Part shown: one piece after another, positions 11,133 to 20,329 of the stretch
Numbering within the stretch: position 1 is the first letter of the stretch
Layout: each line of letters begins with the position of its first letter
NCBI RefSeq assembly: GCF_988242995.1
Contig: NZ_OZ547043.1
Direction: 5' to 3' (one strand)
Length of the DNA: 64,000 bases
Translations under genes and position numbers: made by a program
The notes under the pieces: model-generated
Told to the model about the DNA's origin: nothing
The model's database searches: none
Seen by the model: only the letters and a program-made list of their open reading frames with translations

Positions 11133-12728
11133 GTGTTAGTTTCCAGTAACGTCACCATGCAGTTCGGCAGTAAGCCGTTGTTTGAAAACATTTCCGTCAA
11201 ATTTGGCGGCGGCAACCGTTACGGCCTGATTGGCGCGAACGGTAGTGGTAAATCCACCTTTATGAAGATTCTCGGCGGCGACCTTGAGCCGACGCTGGGT
11301 AACGTTTCCCTCGATCCCAACGAGCGCATTGGTAAGCTGCGTCAGGATCAGTTTGCCTTTGAAGAGTTCACTGTGTTGGATACGGTGATCATGGGGCATA
11401 AAGAGTTGTGGGAAGTGAAGCAGGAGCGCGACCGCATCTATGCTTTGCCGGAAATGAGTGAGGAAGACGGCTATAAAGTGGCCGATCTGGAAGTGAAATA
11501 CGGCGAAATGGACGGTTACTCTGCGGAAGCTCGCGCCGGTGAACTGTTGCTTGGCGTGGGAATTCCAGTGGAACAGCACTACGGCCCGATGAGTGAAGTT
11601 GCTCCTGGCTGGAAGCTGCGTGTGCTGCTGGCGCAGGCGCTGTTTGCTGATCCGGACATTCTCCTGCTCGACGAACCGACCAACAACCTCGACATCGACA
11701 CCATTCGGTGGCTGGAACAGGTGCTGAACGAGCGTGACAGCACCATGATCATCATCTCGCACGACCGTCACTTCCTTAACATGGTTTGTACCCACATGGC
11801 GGATCTGGATTACGGCGAGCTGCGCGTTTATCCAGGTAACTACGATGAGTACATGACGGCGGCGACCCAGGCGCGTGAACGTCTGCTGGCTGATAACGCC
11901 AAGAAGAAGGCGCAGATTGCTGAGCTGCAATCTTTCGTTAGCCGCTTTAGCGCCAACGCCTCGAAATCTCGCCAGGCAACTTCGCGCGCGCGCCAGATTG
12001 ATAAAATCAAACTGGAAGAGGTGAAAGCCTCCAGCCGTCAGAACCCGTTCATCCGTTTTGAACAGGATAAGAAACTGTTCCGTAACGCGCTGGAAGTGGA
12101 AGGTCTGACCAAAGGGTTTGATAACGGTCCACTGTTTAAAAATCTCAACCTGCTGCTGGAAGTGGGTGAAAAACTGGCTGTACTGGGTACCAACGGCGTC
12201 GGTAAATCAACGCTGCTGAAAACGCTGGTGGGCGATCTGCAACCGGACAGCGGCACCGTAAAATGGTCTGAAAACGCACGCATTGGTTACTACGCCCAGG
12301 ACCACGAATATGAGTTTGAAAATGATCTGACCGTGTTCGAATGGATGAGCCAGTGGAAGCAGGAAGGCGATGACGAGCAGGCGGTACGCAGCATTCTCGG
12401 TCGTTTGCTGTTCAGCCAGGACGACATCAAAAAGCCAGCGAAAGTGCTTTCCGGTGGAGAAAAAGGGCGGATGCTGTTTGGTAAGTTAATGATGCAGAAG
12501 CCGAACATTCTGATCATGGACGAACCGACCAACCACCTGGATATGGAATCCATTGAGTCGCTGAACATGGCATTGGAACTGTATCAGGGCACGCTGATCT
12601 TTGTTTCTCACGACCGTGAGTTTGTAAGCTCCCTGGCGACCCGCATTCTGGAAATCACCCCGGAACGCGTGATCGACTTTAGCGGTAATTACGAAGATTA
12701 CCTGCGTAGTAAAGGGATCGACGGTTAA
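11133..12728 (+). CDS. ybiT: ABC-F family ATPase (two ATP-binding cassettes, no TM domain)
   Basis: Two Walker A motifs ([18 protein letters not shown]) and two ABC signatures; matches YbiT. The start is a GTG at 11133 and is not certain. Confidence 0.9.
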   Translation: MLVSSNVTMQFGSKPLFENISVKFGGGNRYGLIGANGSGKSTFMKILGGDLEPTLGNVSLDPNERIGKLRQDQFAFEEFTVLDTVIMGHKELWEVKQERDRIYALPEMSEEDGYKVADLEVKYGEMDGYSAEARAGELLLGVGIPVEQHYGPMSEVAPGWKLRVLLAQALFADPDILLLDEPTNNLDIDTIRWLEQVLNERDSTMIIISHDRHFLNMVCTHMADLDYGELRVYPGNYDEYMTAATQARERLLADNAKKKAQIAELQSFVSRFSANASKSRQATSRARQIDKIKLEEVKASSRQNPFIRFEQDKKLFRNALEVEGLTKGFDNGPLFKNLNLLLEVGEKLAVLGTNGVGKSTLLKTLVGDLQPDSGTVKWSENARIGYYAQDHEYEFENDLTVFEWMSQWKQEGDDEQAVRSILGRLLFSQDDIKKPAKVLSGGEKGRMLFGKLMMQKPNILIMDEPTNHLDMESIESLNMALELYQGTLIFVSHDREFVSSLATRILEITPERVIDFSGNYEDYLRSKGIDG

Positions 12729-12865
12729 TTTCCCGCCGTCTTTCATGCGGCAGATGCATTGGCTTCACCTGTTCACCCCGGTCACTTACTTATTTAAGCT
12801 CCCGGGGTTTACAGGTTTGCTGCCTTCCTGCAGCGTGAAATACTGAGGTAAAGGATTCGATGGCT

Positions 12866-12896
12866 GGACCGGGTAAGGCGCAGTCGCCTCCCGGCC
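12866..12896. repeat. REP-like palindromic element (diverged)
   Basis: GGACCGGGTAAGGCGCAGTCGCCTCCCGGCC resembles the REP consensus (GCCGGATAAGGCG...CGCC..TCCGGC) with several mismatches. Confidence 0.35.
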
Positions 12897-12907
12897 CCGG
12901 TAATGAT

Positions 12908-15283
12908 TTAACGCATCCATTCACTCCCTTCAACACCATTGACCAGCAGCGTGCGTTTTTCTTCCACTGGTAATGACACTTTCAGTGCACTCCATGCAGG
13001 TCGATAATCCCCGCGCGCGTTGACTTTCAGGTTGATGGTCGCCCCATCGCAAACCATTTCCCATTCCACCCAAAGCGCATTACCAGTTTGGTAGCCCCAG
13101 CTTTCGCCATCGTCTTCAAACAGCAGGCCGGACGTTGTGCCCACACCTTTCAGCGGGAACAGTTTCAGTTCGCGGGTATCGTCTTGTTCTGCGCTCACAT
13201 AGGTGATGCGTTTGCTGAGCGGTAGACCAGCCCCGGCACGCACCATCAGCGGCAGTTTCTCCAGCGGTGCGTCGAGGGTGATCCACTGACCGCCACTGAA
13301 CCATTCGCCGTTGTAGAAATCGTACCAGCCAGTTTCGTTATCTGGCAGCCATACACGGCGCTGGCGCTCGCCTTGCTCTACGACGCTGGCAACCAAAATA
13401 TCGCGACCAAGCAGGAAGTCATCACACTCTTCAAAAGTCTGAACGTCGTGCTCGTGGTCAAGGAAAGTCGGACGTAGCATTGGTTCATCATCGGCGTATG
13501 CCTGCCACATCAGGGTATAAAAGTAGGGCAGCAGGCGATAGCGCAACTCAATAGCGCTGCGGATCGCCGGAGTGACGCCCGGATACATCCACGGTTCGTT
13601 TACGGTATGGTCATCGTTCCACGAGTGAATCGTAAAGCGCGGATGCATCACGCCGTTTTGTACCCAGCGTACAAACAGTTCCGGGTCCGGCTTATCACCG
13701 GAGAAACCGCCGACGTCGTGACCGAGGTTATACAGCCCGGAGAGGCTCATCCCCAGACCCATGCGGGTGTTGTAGCGCAGAGTGTCCCAGCTAGTGCGGT
13801 TATCGCCACTCCAGGTCTGCACGTAGCGCTGCATTCCCGCGCAGCCGGAGCGGGAGATCAAGTACGGACGTTTTTCCGGAGCGAAACGCTGCTGGGCTTC
13901 CATCGAGGCTCGCATCATCAGCAGTGGCATCACTGGGCGAATATGTTTGATCGCGATCGTCTGACCAAAGCCGTGACAGCGTGCTTCACCGTCCCATACT
14001 TCGAATTCGTTGTTGTCGTTCCAGGTGGAGTCGATACCCATCTCCAGAAGCTGTGTGGTCACGCCTTCCTGCCACCACTGGATGGTCTGCGGATTAGTAA
14101 AGTCGAGGTTAGAACCTTCGTCATCCCAGAAGCTGGAACGTTCTGGTTCATCTGTTTCTGAATCACGGATGAACAGTCCTCTTTCTGCCACTTCGTTATA
14201 GCGTGGGTGATCCTGCAACAGGCACGGCTTGATATTGGCGGCCAAGTGCAAACCAGCATTGTGAAATGCCTGGCTCATCACTTTCGGCTGCGGCACTTTG
14301 TCGTAATTCCAGTTGAACACATAGCGCTTGCCGTTAATTGAGGTATAACCGGAAGAGAGCTGGAACGAATCGCAGGGAATCGCATGTTCTTCACACAGGC
14401 GGATAAAGTTCATCAACTGATTTTGTGCGTCCGGCGCATCGGTGTAGTGCATAGTTGAACCGCTGTAGCCCAGGCTCCATTTCGGTCCGAACAGGGTTTT
14501 GCCGGTCAGGCGTACGAAGGCTTTGGTGATATCAAGTACGCGTTCGCCGGTAAACAGGTAGTAGTCGATATCACCCGCTTCCGCCTGCCAGCGGCGATAG
14601 GCGGTGTGGTAGTTGTCGATCTCGTTGCCCAGATCCAGCCAGCAGCTGCTGAGGTTGTCATAAAACAGGCCGAAGCTAACGTCATCGCGGCGGGTGATGG
14701 TGAATGGAATGTGTTTGTACAACGGGTCAGTACTAACGGCGTTGTAGCCCATCGCGTCGAGGTTACGCATCTCGTAACGTTTACCGTTGCGTTGCAGGTC
14801 GCCGGCTTTATCTCCGAGGCCATAAAAGCGTTCATCTTTACGACGGCTCTGATAGTGCGCCACGCCGTCGCCGTGGGCATTCAGCAGATAAGCGCTGGTC
14901 GGGCGGTCATTCACCAACGGCAGCCATTCGCCTTCGTTGTTACGATAGTGCCACTCCAGCCACAGCGGCTGGTGAACGGTGGCACGCAGTGACTCGGTGG
15001 CGATAACCACGGTGTCGTCGTGCTGGATCAATGTCCACGCGGGCAGGCTAAAGCCGCTGAGATCTTCGCGGCTGCGCCCTTCCCATGGCACATCCTGCGC
15101 CGGAGCAATGCTCCAGGTGCGATCCAGCGCCAGCTCGCCTTTGCGTTTTAACAGCACGCGGAACAGATTTTCTTCCAGCACGTACAGGCACAGGATATGC
15201 TGGCCATCGACCAGCAGTTCAACGTGGTGGGCAGACTGTTTGTGCAGGGTCCAGTTTTTCAGCGTTTTCATGTTTACATCCAT
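12908..15283 (-). CDS. Glycoside hydrolase family 31 alpha-glycosidase, cytoplasmic, substrate unknown
   Basis: 791-aa ORF with a GH31 nucleophile-region motif (GIDSTWNDNNEF, compare WIDMNE) and acid/base-region motif (VQTWSGDNRTSW). No signal peptide. Start may be the ATG at 15283 or 15271. Confidence 0.85.
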   Translation of the reverse strand: MDVNMKTLKNWTLHKQSAHHVELLVDGQHILCLYVLEENLFRVLLKRKGELALDRTWSIAPAQDVPWEGRSREDLSGFSLPAWTLIQHDDTVVIATESLRATVHQPLWLEWHYRNNEGEWLPLVNDRPTSAYLLNAHGDGVAHYQSRRKDERFYGLGDKAGDLQRNGKRYEMRNLDAMGYNAVSTDPLYKHIPFTITRRDDVSFGLFYDNLSSCWLDLGNEIDNYHTAYRRWQAEAGDIDYYLFTGERVLDITKAFVRLTGKTLFGPKWSLGYSGSTMHYTDAPDAQNQLMNFIRLCEEHAIPCDSFQLSSGYTSINGKRYVFNWNYDKVPQPKVMSQAFHNAGLHLAANIKPCLLQDHPRYNEVAERGLFIRDSETDEPERSSFWDDEGSNLDFTNPQTIQWWQEGVTTQLLEMGIDSTWNDNNEFEVWDGEARCHGFGQTIAIKHIRPVMPLLMMRASMEAQQRFAPEKRPYLISRSGCAGMQRYVQTWSGDNRTSWDTLRYNTRMGLGMSLSGLYNLGHDVGGFSGDKPDPELFVRWVQNGVMHPRFTIHSWNDDHTVNEPWMYPGVTPAIRSAIELRYRLLPYFYTLMWQAYADDEPMLRPTFLDHEHDVQTFEECDDFLLGRDILVASVVEQGERQRRVWLPDNETGWYDFYNGEWFSGGQWITLDAPLEKLPLMVRAGAGLPLSKRITYVSAEQDDTRELKLFPLKGVGTTSGLLFEDDGESWGYQTGNALWVEWEMVCDGATINLKVNARGDYRPAWSALKVSLPVEEKRTLLVNGVEGSEWMR

Positions 15284-15285
15284 TC

Positions 15286-16593
15286 TCAGGCGCGTTTTGC
15301 GCGACGTTCAGCAATAAAGGTGACCAGGAAGAAAGCACCAATCAGGTCAAAGAAGCCCATGGCGATAAACAGGGGGTTAAAGCCGATTTTGTCAGCGGTA
15401 ACCCCGATAATCAGGGAGAACAGGAAACTTGCGATCCACGCGGCAGAACCGCGCATGCCGTTAACAGTGGCCATCTGACCTTTGTCGAAGGATTCCACCA
15501 CCAGTGCGCTCAGCATGCAGGAGATGATCTGGTGACCGAAGCCGCCGATGGAAATAAGGACGATGGCGATATACGGGTTATTGGTAAAGGCCATCACCGC
15601 CAGCGAAACCATCAGGAATGCGCCACTGACCGATGATGCGACAACGGAGTTCACACGACTCAGCCCAAACAGGCGGGTGTAAAGTTTGGTCAGATAGCCG
15701 CTGGCAATACTGCCAAGATCAGCGGCGAGGAACGGCAACCAGGCGAATAATGCGATCTGCTTAAGGTCCATGCCATAGGTTTTGGACAGGTATAGCGGAA
15801 CCCAGAAACTCATCACCGCCCACGCCGGTTCTGCCATAAAGGCCGGGATAGCGATACCGTAAAAGCGTTTATTTTTGCCTACGGTTTTCAGTGCGGTCAG
15901 AAAGGGTAACTTGACAGGGGGCGCTTCGTTATCCTGGCGGATAAAGTCCAGCTCGGCTTTGCTGAGGTTAGGATGCTTATCCGGGTTGTGATAGAACGCC
16001 CACCACAGCACCACCCACAGCATCGCCAGGATGCCAGTGAACATAAATGCACCCTGCCAGCCGAATGAAGCGTGGGCAAAATAGATAATCGGTGGGGCCA
16101 GCATGGCACCGATGGAAAAACCGACGCCTGCCCAGCCTGCGGCGATCGGGCGTTCTGATTTTGGAAACCATTCACCGATGGTTTTGGCGTTTGCTGGGGT
16201 TGCCGCGGCTTCCGCACCGCCCATAAAGAAGCGCAACAGCGCCAGATGTACCCAGTTTCCCGCCCCCGCATGCATCAGACAGGCCAGCGCCCACAGTCCC
16301 GCGCAGATCATAAAGCCCAGTTTGAGGCCAATGACGTCAATCAGCCATCCACACAACGGTTGGAATAGGGTATAGGCGAGCTGGAAAGCACCTACAATCC
16401 AGGAATATTGTTCGGTGGTAATCCCCAGGCTGCTTTTCAGTTCGGGGGCGAGAATACCCAGCGAGTTACGCGTGATGTAGTTGACAGTAACACCGAGCAA
16501 AAAAAGGACCAGTATCCACCAACGCAGATTTTTGACGATATGGCGCGGTTTACTGGCAGTCATATCGTTATTGATACCCTGACTCATATGCAC
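15286..16593 (-). CDS. MFS transporter, anion:cation symporter (ACS) family-like
   Basis: 435-aa 12-TM-type ORF with an ACS-like N-terminal signature (RWWILVLFLLGVTVNYITRNSLGILAPE...). Its stop lies 2 nt upstream of the GH31 ATG, indicating an operon. Confidence 0.85.
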   Translation of the reverse strand: MHMSQGINNDMTASKPRHIVKNLRWWILVLFLLGVTVNYITRNSLGILAPELKSSLGITTEQYSWIVGAFQLAYTLFQPLCGWLIDVIGLKLGFMICAGLWALACLMHAGAGNWVHLALLRFFMGGAEAAATPANAKTIGEWFPKSERPIAAGWAGVGFSIGAMLAPPIIYFAHASFGWQGAFMFTGILAMLWVVLWWAFYHNPDKHPNLSKAELDFIRQDNEAPPVKLPFLTALKTVGKNKRFYGIAIPAFMAEPAWAVMSFWVPLYLSKTYGMDLKQIALFAWLPFLAADLGSIASGYLTKLYTRLFGLSRVNSVVASSVSGAFLMVSLAVMAFTNNPYIAIVLISIGGFGHQIISCMLSALVVESFDKGQMATVNGMRGSAAWIASFLFSLIIGVTADKIGFNPLFIAMGFFDLIGAFFLVTFIAERRAKRA

Positions 16594-16881
16594 TCCACAG
16601 AATGGTATAGGGTTTGTGCGGCAACGTCAGAATGGAGTTGTCACACCACTTTTAACTTTTTGATAAATAAAGTCTTTATTGTTCGTTTTTCCATTATTTT
16701 TGTATGGAAGTTGTTCTACCAATTCACAGTAAGAGACCCTAAAAGCGAAAGAAAGCGGGTTTTGTGCACGTTTTTCCATGAGTGACTGATATACATTACT
16801 GAAATGGATTTAATGCCAGACAGAATGGGCTTTTTTGCTCATGAAAATTCTGTCATTTCCGAATTAGAGGCAGATCACAAA

Positions 16882-17985
16882 ATGGACAAGAAGCTGAAAA
16901 TCGCCGATATCGCCGCACGTACCGGGCTATCGCCGAGTACGGTTTCGCGGGTGCTGGCTGGCAAAGCGAATACCAGTGCACGCGCTCGCGAACAGGTGCT
17001 GGCCTGCGCGCGTGAGTTGGGCGTGATGGATGGCATGGCAGCAGGTCGTATGTTGCTGAACAACCTGATTATTTTCGCGCCGCAACGCGCTTTTGACCAA
17101 CGATCTGATATCTTTTATTACCGTGTGATCCAGAGCATCAGCAAAGCGTTATCGCCGCATGAAGTGCGGCTGCGTTACTGCGCGCTGGAGGAGTTTGACA
17201 GCGATCCCGCGCTATTTCTCTCGCGGATGAATGAAGCAGATACGCAGGCGGCGATCCTGCTGGGGATTGACGATCCGCACATCCATGATCTGGCCGCCGA
17301 TCTCGCTAAGCCTTGTGTGCTGATCAACTGCCGTGATGAACGAATGCGCCTCCCGGCGATTGCGCCGGACCATCGGTTAATTGGCGCGTTCGCCGCCCGC
17401 TATCTGTTTGAAATGGGTCACCGGGAGGTGATGAATGTGATGTGCCTGCGCCGCTACACTATGGAGCAGCGGTTTGCAGGGATTAAAGAATCATGGCGTC
17501 AGCATAATCTGGCCTTTCACCATGACCGTCATTTGCTGAATATCAGCAGTTTTAGCGCTAAAGAAGCGGAAGAAAAGGTCGGAGCGTGGCTGGATGCCGC
17601 CAATGGCAAGACGTTGCCGACGGCGTTTCTGGTCGGCGGGGATTTTATGGCGGCGGGAACGGTAAATGCGCTACATCGTCGTGGTCTGCGCGTACCACAG
17701 GATGTCTCGGTGATGAGTATCGACGGCTTTAACCTTGCGGCAATCGAGGATGTTCCCCTGACGGCTGTGCATGTGCCACGCGATGAGCTAGGCAATGAAG
17801 CGGTGCAAATGTTGCAACAGCGGCTGATTCGCCCGGATGCTCCGGTGGGCTCGCTGCTGCTGCACGGACGATTGGCGGTGCGGGAGTCAGTGCGGCGGGT
17901 TCGCCCAGGAAAAGGGAACACCGCCGTGGAACGGGAAGGGCTGTACGACACTCAGCTGTCGATTCCCAACGCTCGCTTACCGTGA
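16882..17985 (+). CDS. LacI-family transcriptional regulator, divergent from the MFS-GH31 operon
   Basis: N-terminal HTH KIADIAARTGLSPSTVSRVL followed by a periplasmic-binding-protein-like sugar-binding core. Start chosen at MDKKLKIADI; upstream in-frame ATGs exist, so the start is uncertain. Confidence 0.8.
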   Translation: MDKKLKIADIAARTGLSPSTVSRVLAGKANTSARAREQVLACARELGVMDGMAAGRMLLNNLIIFAPQRAFDQRSDIFYYRVIQSISKALSPHEVRLRYCALEEFDSDPALFLSRMNEADTQAAILLGIDDPHIHDLAADLAKPCVLINCRDERMRLPAIAPDHRLIGAFAARYLFEMGHREVMNVMCLRRYTMEQRFAGIKESWRQHNLAFHHDRHLLNISSFSAKEAEEKVGAWLDAANGKTLPTAFLVGGDFMAAGTVNALHRRGLRVPQDVSVMSIDGFNLAAIEDVPLTAVHVPRDELGNEAVQMLQQRLIRPDAPVGSLLLHGRLAVRESVRRVRPGKGNTAVEREGLYDTQLSIPNARLP

Positions 17986-19217
17986 ATGTTGAGGTCGGCA
18001 AGCGTAAAGCGTCCTTCCCAGTTTGTTTCATAGTCCTCGCGCGGGAAGTCGCCCGGCGATGCGCCTTTTTCCAGTGCGGCCTTCACCTTGTGCGCGTAGG
18101 CAAGATTTTTCTCGCACATCGGTGCCGCAGGAATGTACATCACGTTGCCCCAGCCCTGTTGATTTTCAACGGGGGCAACGGAATGGATGACGTCGCAGTG
18201 CCACCAGACGGAGTCTCCGGCTTCGAGTTTTGGAATGCTGGTTAACGCCTCAATCAACAGTGGATGCCATTGCTCTGATACCGGCAATACTCTTCCGGGC
18301 GCTACGCCGCACAGTTCATCCTCCGGCACATCATCAAGCAGCGGACGTAACAGTACGTACGCCATGGCTTCAGGAATGGGCACGACGTGCAGCAGCCCCT
18401 GACCAGGCAGCATATCAGAGAGCGCTGTCCAGCCCTGGAATGTCCGAAACACGGAACATTTGGTGGTGTTGTCCACCGTGTACTCTTCAACTTCCGTACG
18501 ATGTGCCGCATGCCAGGGATCATATTGCGCCAGATTGCCATTAAAGACGTTGGCGAAAACGCGCTGATACGCTGGAAGCAGCCAGCGTTCCAGTGCCCCG
18601 GAGTCGGTATGCGCTCCAAGACCTTTGGAGGTCGTTCCGGGCGGACGGCGGCGGATACGGTCAGGGTAGATGACGCTCACATCCGGGTTAAACCATTGCT
18701 TTCCATCACTTTCAAATGTCCACAGACGATTGAGAAACGACTGCGCATTCGCCATTTCTTCACTCTGGCGAGCCTGCATTTGCGCCTGCGACCAGTAGAT
18801 GGGGTAAATCTCGGGACGTGAAGCGCTGAGCGTCCCGAAGAAATTATCGCCGGGGCCTTTGTAGACCTCGTCAAAGCGGTTGCGGTCCAGATAGTCCAGC
18901 ATCGACTGATCCCAGCCTAGCGCTTGTTCGCGGGGGAAATGGCCTTTTATCACCGCACAACCGCGACGTTTAATCTGTTCGCGCTGCTCTGCAGTAACAT
19001 GACCTGCTTTGATATCGGCATAAGACAGCACCGGCCAGATGGCATCGCCCTGTGCTTTGAGTGCGTTGATTTCAGCCACTCGCGTAGCAATGTCATCGCT
19101 TAGCTGATTAAAGATCTGCTGGACGTCGCCAAGCTGTGCCCGCAGCGCGTGCTTCATCTGACGGATAGCTGCTTTGTGATCGGCAGGCAATGTGTCGCTG
19201 GTAAAAGTAGAAGCCAT
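17952..19217 (-). CDS. ybiU: DUF1479-family protein
   Basis: Start MASTFTSDTLPADHKAAIRQ... preceded by SD GAGGTGG; matches YbiU. Its 3' end overlaps the convergent LacI-family gene by 34 bp. Confidence 0.85.
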   Translation of the reverse strand: MASTFTSDTLPADHKAAIRQMKHALRAQLGDVQQIFNQLSDDIATRVAEINALKAQGDAIWPVLSYADIKAGHVTAEQREQIKRRGCAVIKGHFPREQALGWDQSMLDYLDRNRFDEVYKGPGDNFFGTLSASRPEIYPIYWSQAQMQARQSEEMANAQSFLNRLWTFESDGKQWFNPDVSVIYPDRIRRRPPGTTSKGLGAHTDSGALERWLLPAYQRVFANVFNGNLAQYDPWHAAHRTEVEEYTVDNTTKCSVFRTFQGWTALSDMLPGQGLLHVVPIPEAMAYVLLRPLLDDVPEDELCGVAPGRVLPVSEQWHPLLIEALTSIPKLEAGDSVWWHCDVIHSVAPVENQQGWGNVMYIPAAPMCEKNLAYAHKVKAALEKGASPGDFPREDYETNWEGRFTLADLNIHGKRALGIDS

Positions 19218-19326
19218 AACCACCTCGCATTAACTTTCATTCGAAACTATAATGATTTGCATGTGACAATATAAGTTATAAATAAGTTAATGCAAGTTTA
19301 ATGATTTGATGTGATGTACAGGATGT

Positions 19327-19360
19327 AAAAAGAAGGGAAAACCGGAGCGCATGGCTCCGG
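19327..19360 (-). terminator. Rho-independent terminator downstream of ybiV
   Basis: Minus strand: ACCGGAGC-catgc-GCUCCGGU followed by UUUUCCCUUCUUUUU. Confidence 0.65.
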
Positions 19361-19368
19361 TAGAGAGG

Positions 19369-20184
19369 TCAGCTGTTAAAAGGGGATGTATTATCCAGCA
19401 CCGCCTGAATCACATTCAGCGCGCCTTCATGATTATTATCATCGGTAGCGTAACGGGCGATTTGTTTAATGTTTTCCGCAGCATTGCCCATCGCAAAGGA
19501 ATAACGCGCCATTTTCAGCATCTCCGCATCGTTACCGCTGTCGCCAATCGCTACCACATTTTGCGGCGACAGATCCCAGCGTTTCAGTAACCGCGAAATA
19601 CCATTCGCTTTATGCAGGCCAGGAATAATCAGGTCGATAAAGCCAAAACCACTGGTGACGGGTTTCATAATGCCATCCAGCGCTATGTGCAGTTTGTCGA
19701 TCACTAACGGGATTTGTTCATCCGGCAGGTTGAGCGAAAACTTGAACAGTACGTCGTCAATCTCCTGATAATCTTTTACAGGTTTCAGGCGATGGTAGTG
19801 TTTTGCCATCAGTGCGACGAATGCTTCGGGGGCATTTTCGCTGACATATGCACTTTGCAGACCGCAGGCGACAAAATTGAGTTGCTTATCTTTTAGCAAC
19901 TCGCCAATTACAATCCGCGATTCATGTCGGGTCAGTTCGCCGTGGAACAGTTGCTTGCCATGTTCGTAAACCAGTGCGCCGTTTTCCGCGACAAAAGAGA
20001 TCTCATCCTTTAGCTCAGGAAAGAATGAAATAAGCTGGTAATACTGATTACCGCTGGCGACAACGAACTCAATGCCGCGCTTTTTCAGTTCCTGATATTG
20101 CGCCATAAAACGTGGTTGGTTGTACGTTTTGGCGTCGTTAAGAAAAGTACCGTCCATGTCTGTGACGATAACTTTTACGCTCAT
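19369..20184 (-). CDS. ybiV: Sugar phosphatase, HAD superfamily (Cof-type)
   Basis: 271-aa ORF with the HAD motif VTDMDGTFL near the N-terminus; matches YbiV. A paralogue, ybjI, is also in this window. Confidence 0.9.
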   Translation of the reverse strand: MSVKVIVTDMDGTFLNDAKTYNQPRFMAQYQELKKRGIEFVVASGNQYYQLISFFPELKDEISFVAENGALVYEHGKQLFHGELTRHESRIVIGELLKDKQLNFVACGLQSAYVSENAPEAFVALMAKHYHRLKPVKDYQEIDDVLFKFSLNLPDEQIPLVIDKLHIALDGIMKPVTSGFGFIDLIIPGLHKANGISRLLKRWDLSPQNVVAIGDSGNDAEMLKMARYSFAMGNAAENIKQIARYATDDNNHEGALNVIQAVLDNTSPFNS

Positions 20185-20329
20185 AGGTGTGCTCCTGGCT
20201 CGAAAATGAAACCGTAACAGTGTAATAACAATGTGACGCAGAGCACAAATTATATTTCGAATGAAAGCGAGGCTGAAATTGATGATGTGAATGATTTGGC
20301 CCGGCGACGCCGCCGCCGGGCTGAGGGGA

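Noticed and set aside
11136-12746. Minus-strand ORFs (264, 81, 92 and 86 aa) antisense to ybiT
   Set aside because: Embedded in the ABC-F gene with no start-site support; shadow ORFs.
12908-15283. Possibility that the island GH31 enzyme is a second sulfoquinovosidase, prompted by the anion-type transporter
   Set aside because: I could not identify the sulfonate-binding residue pattern by eye and have no alignment; left as an open substrate question rather than a call.
13116-16375. Several 60-184-aa ORFs on both strands inside the GH31 and MFS genes of the island
   Set aside because: All overlap the two long, domain-bearing ORFs in other frames and have low-complexity, Arg/Ala-rich translations characteristic of shadow frames.
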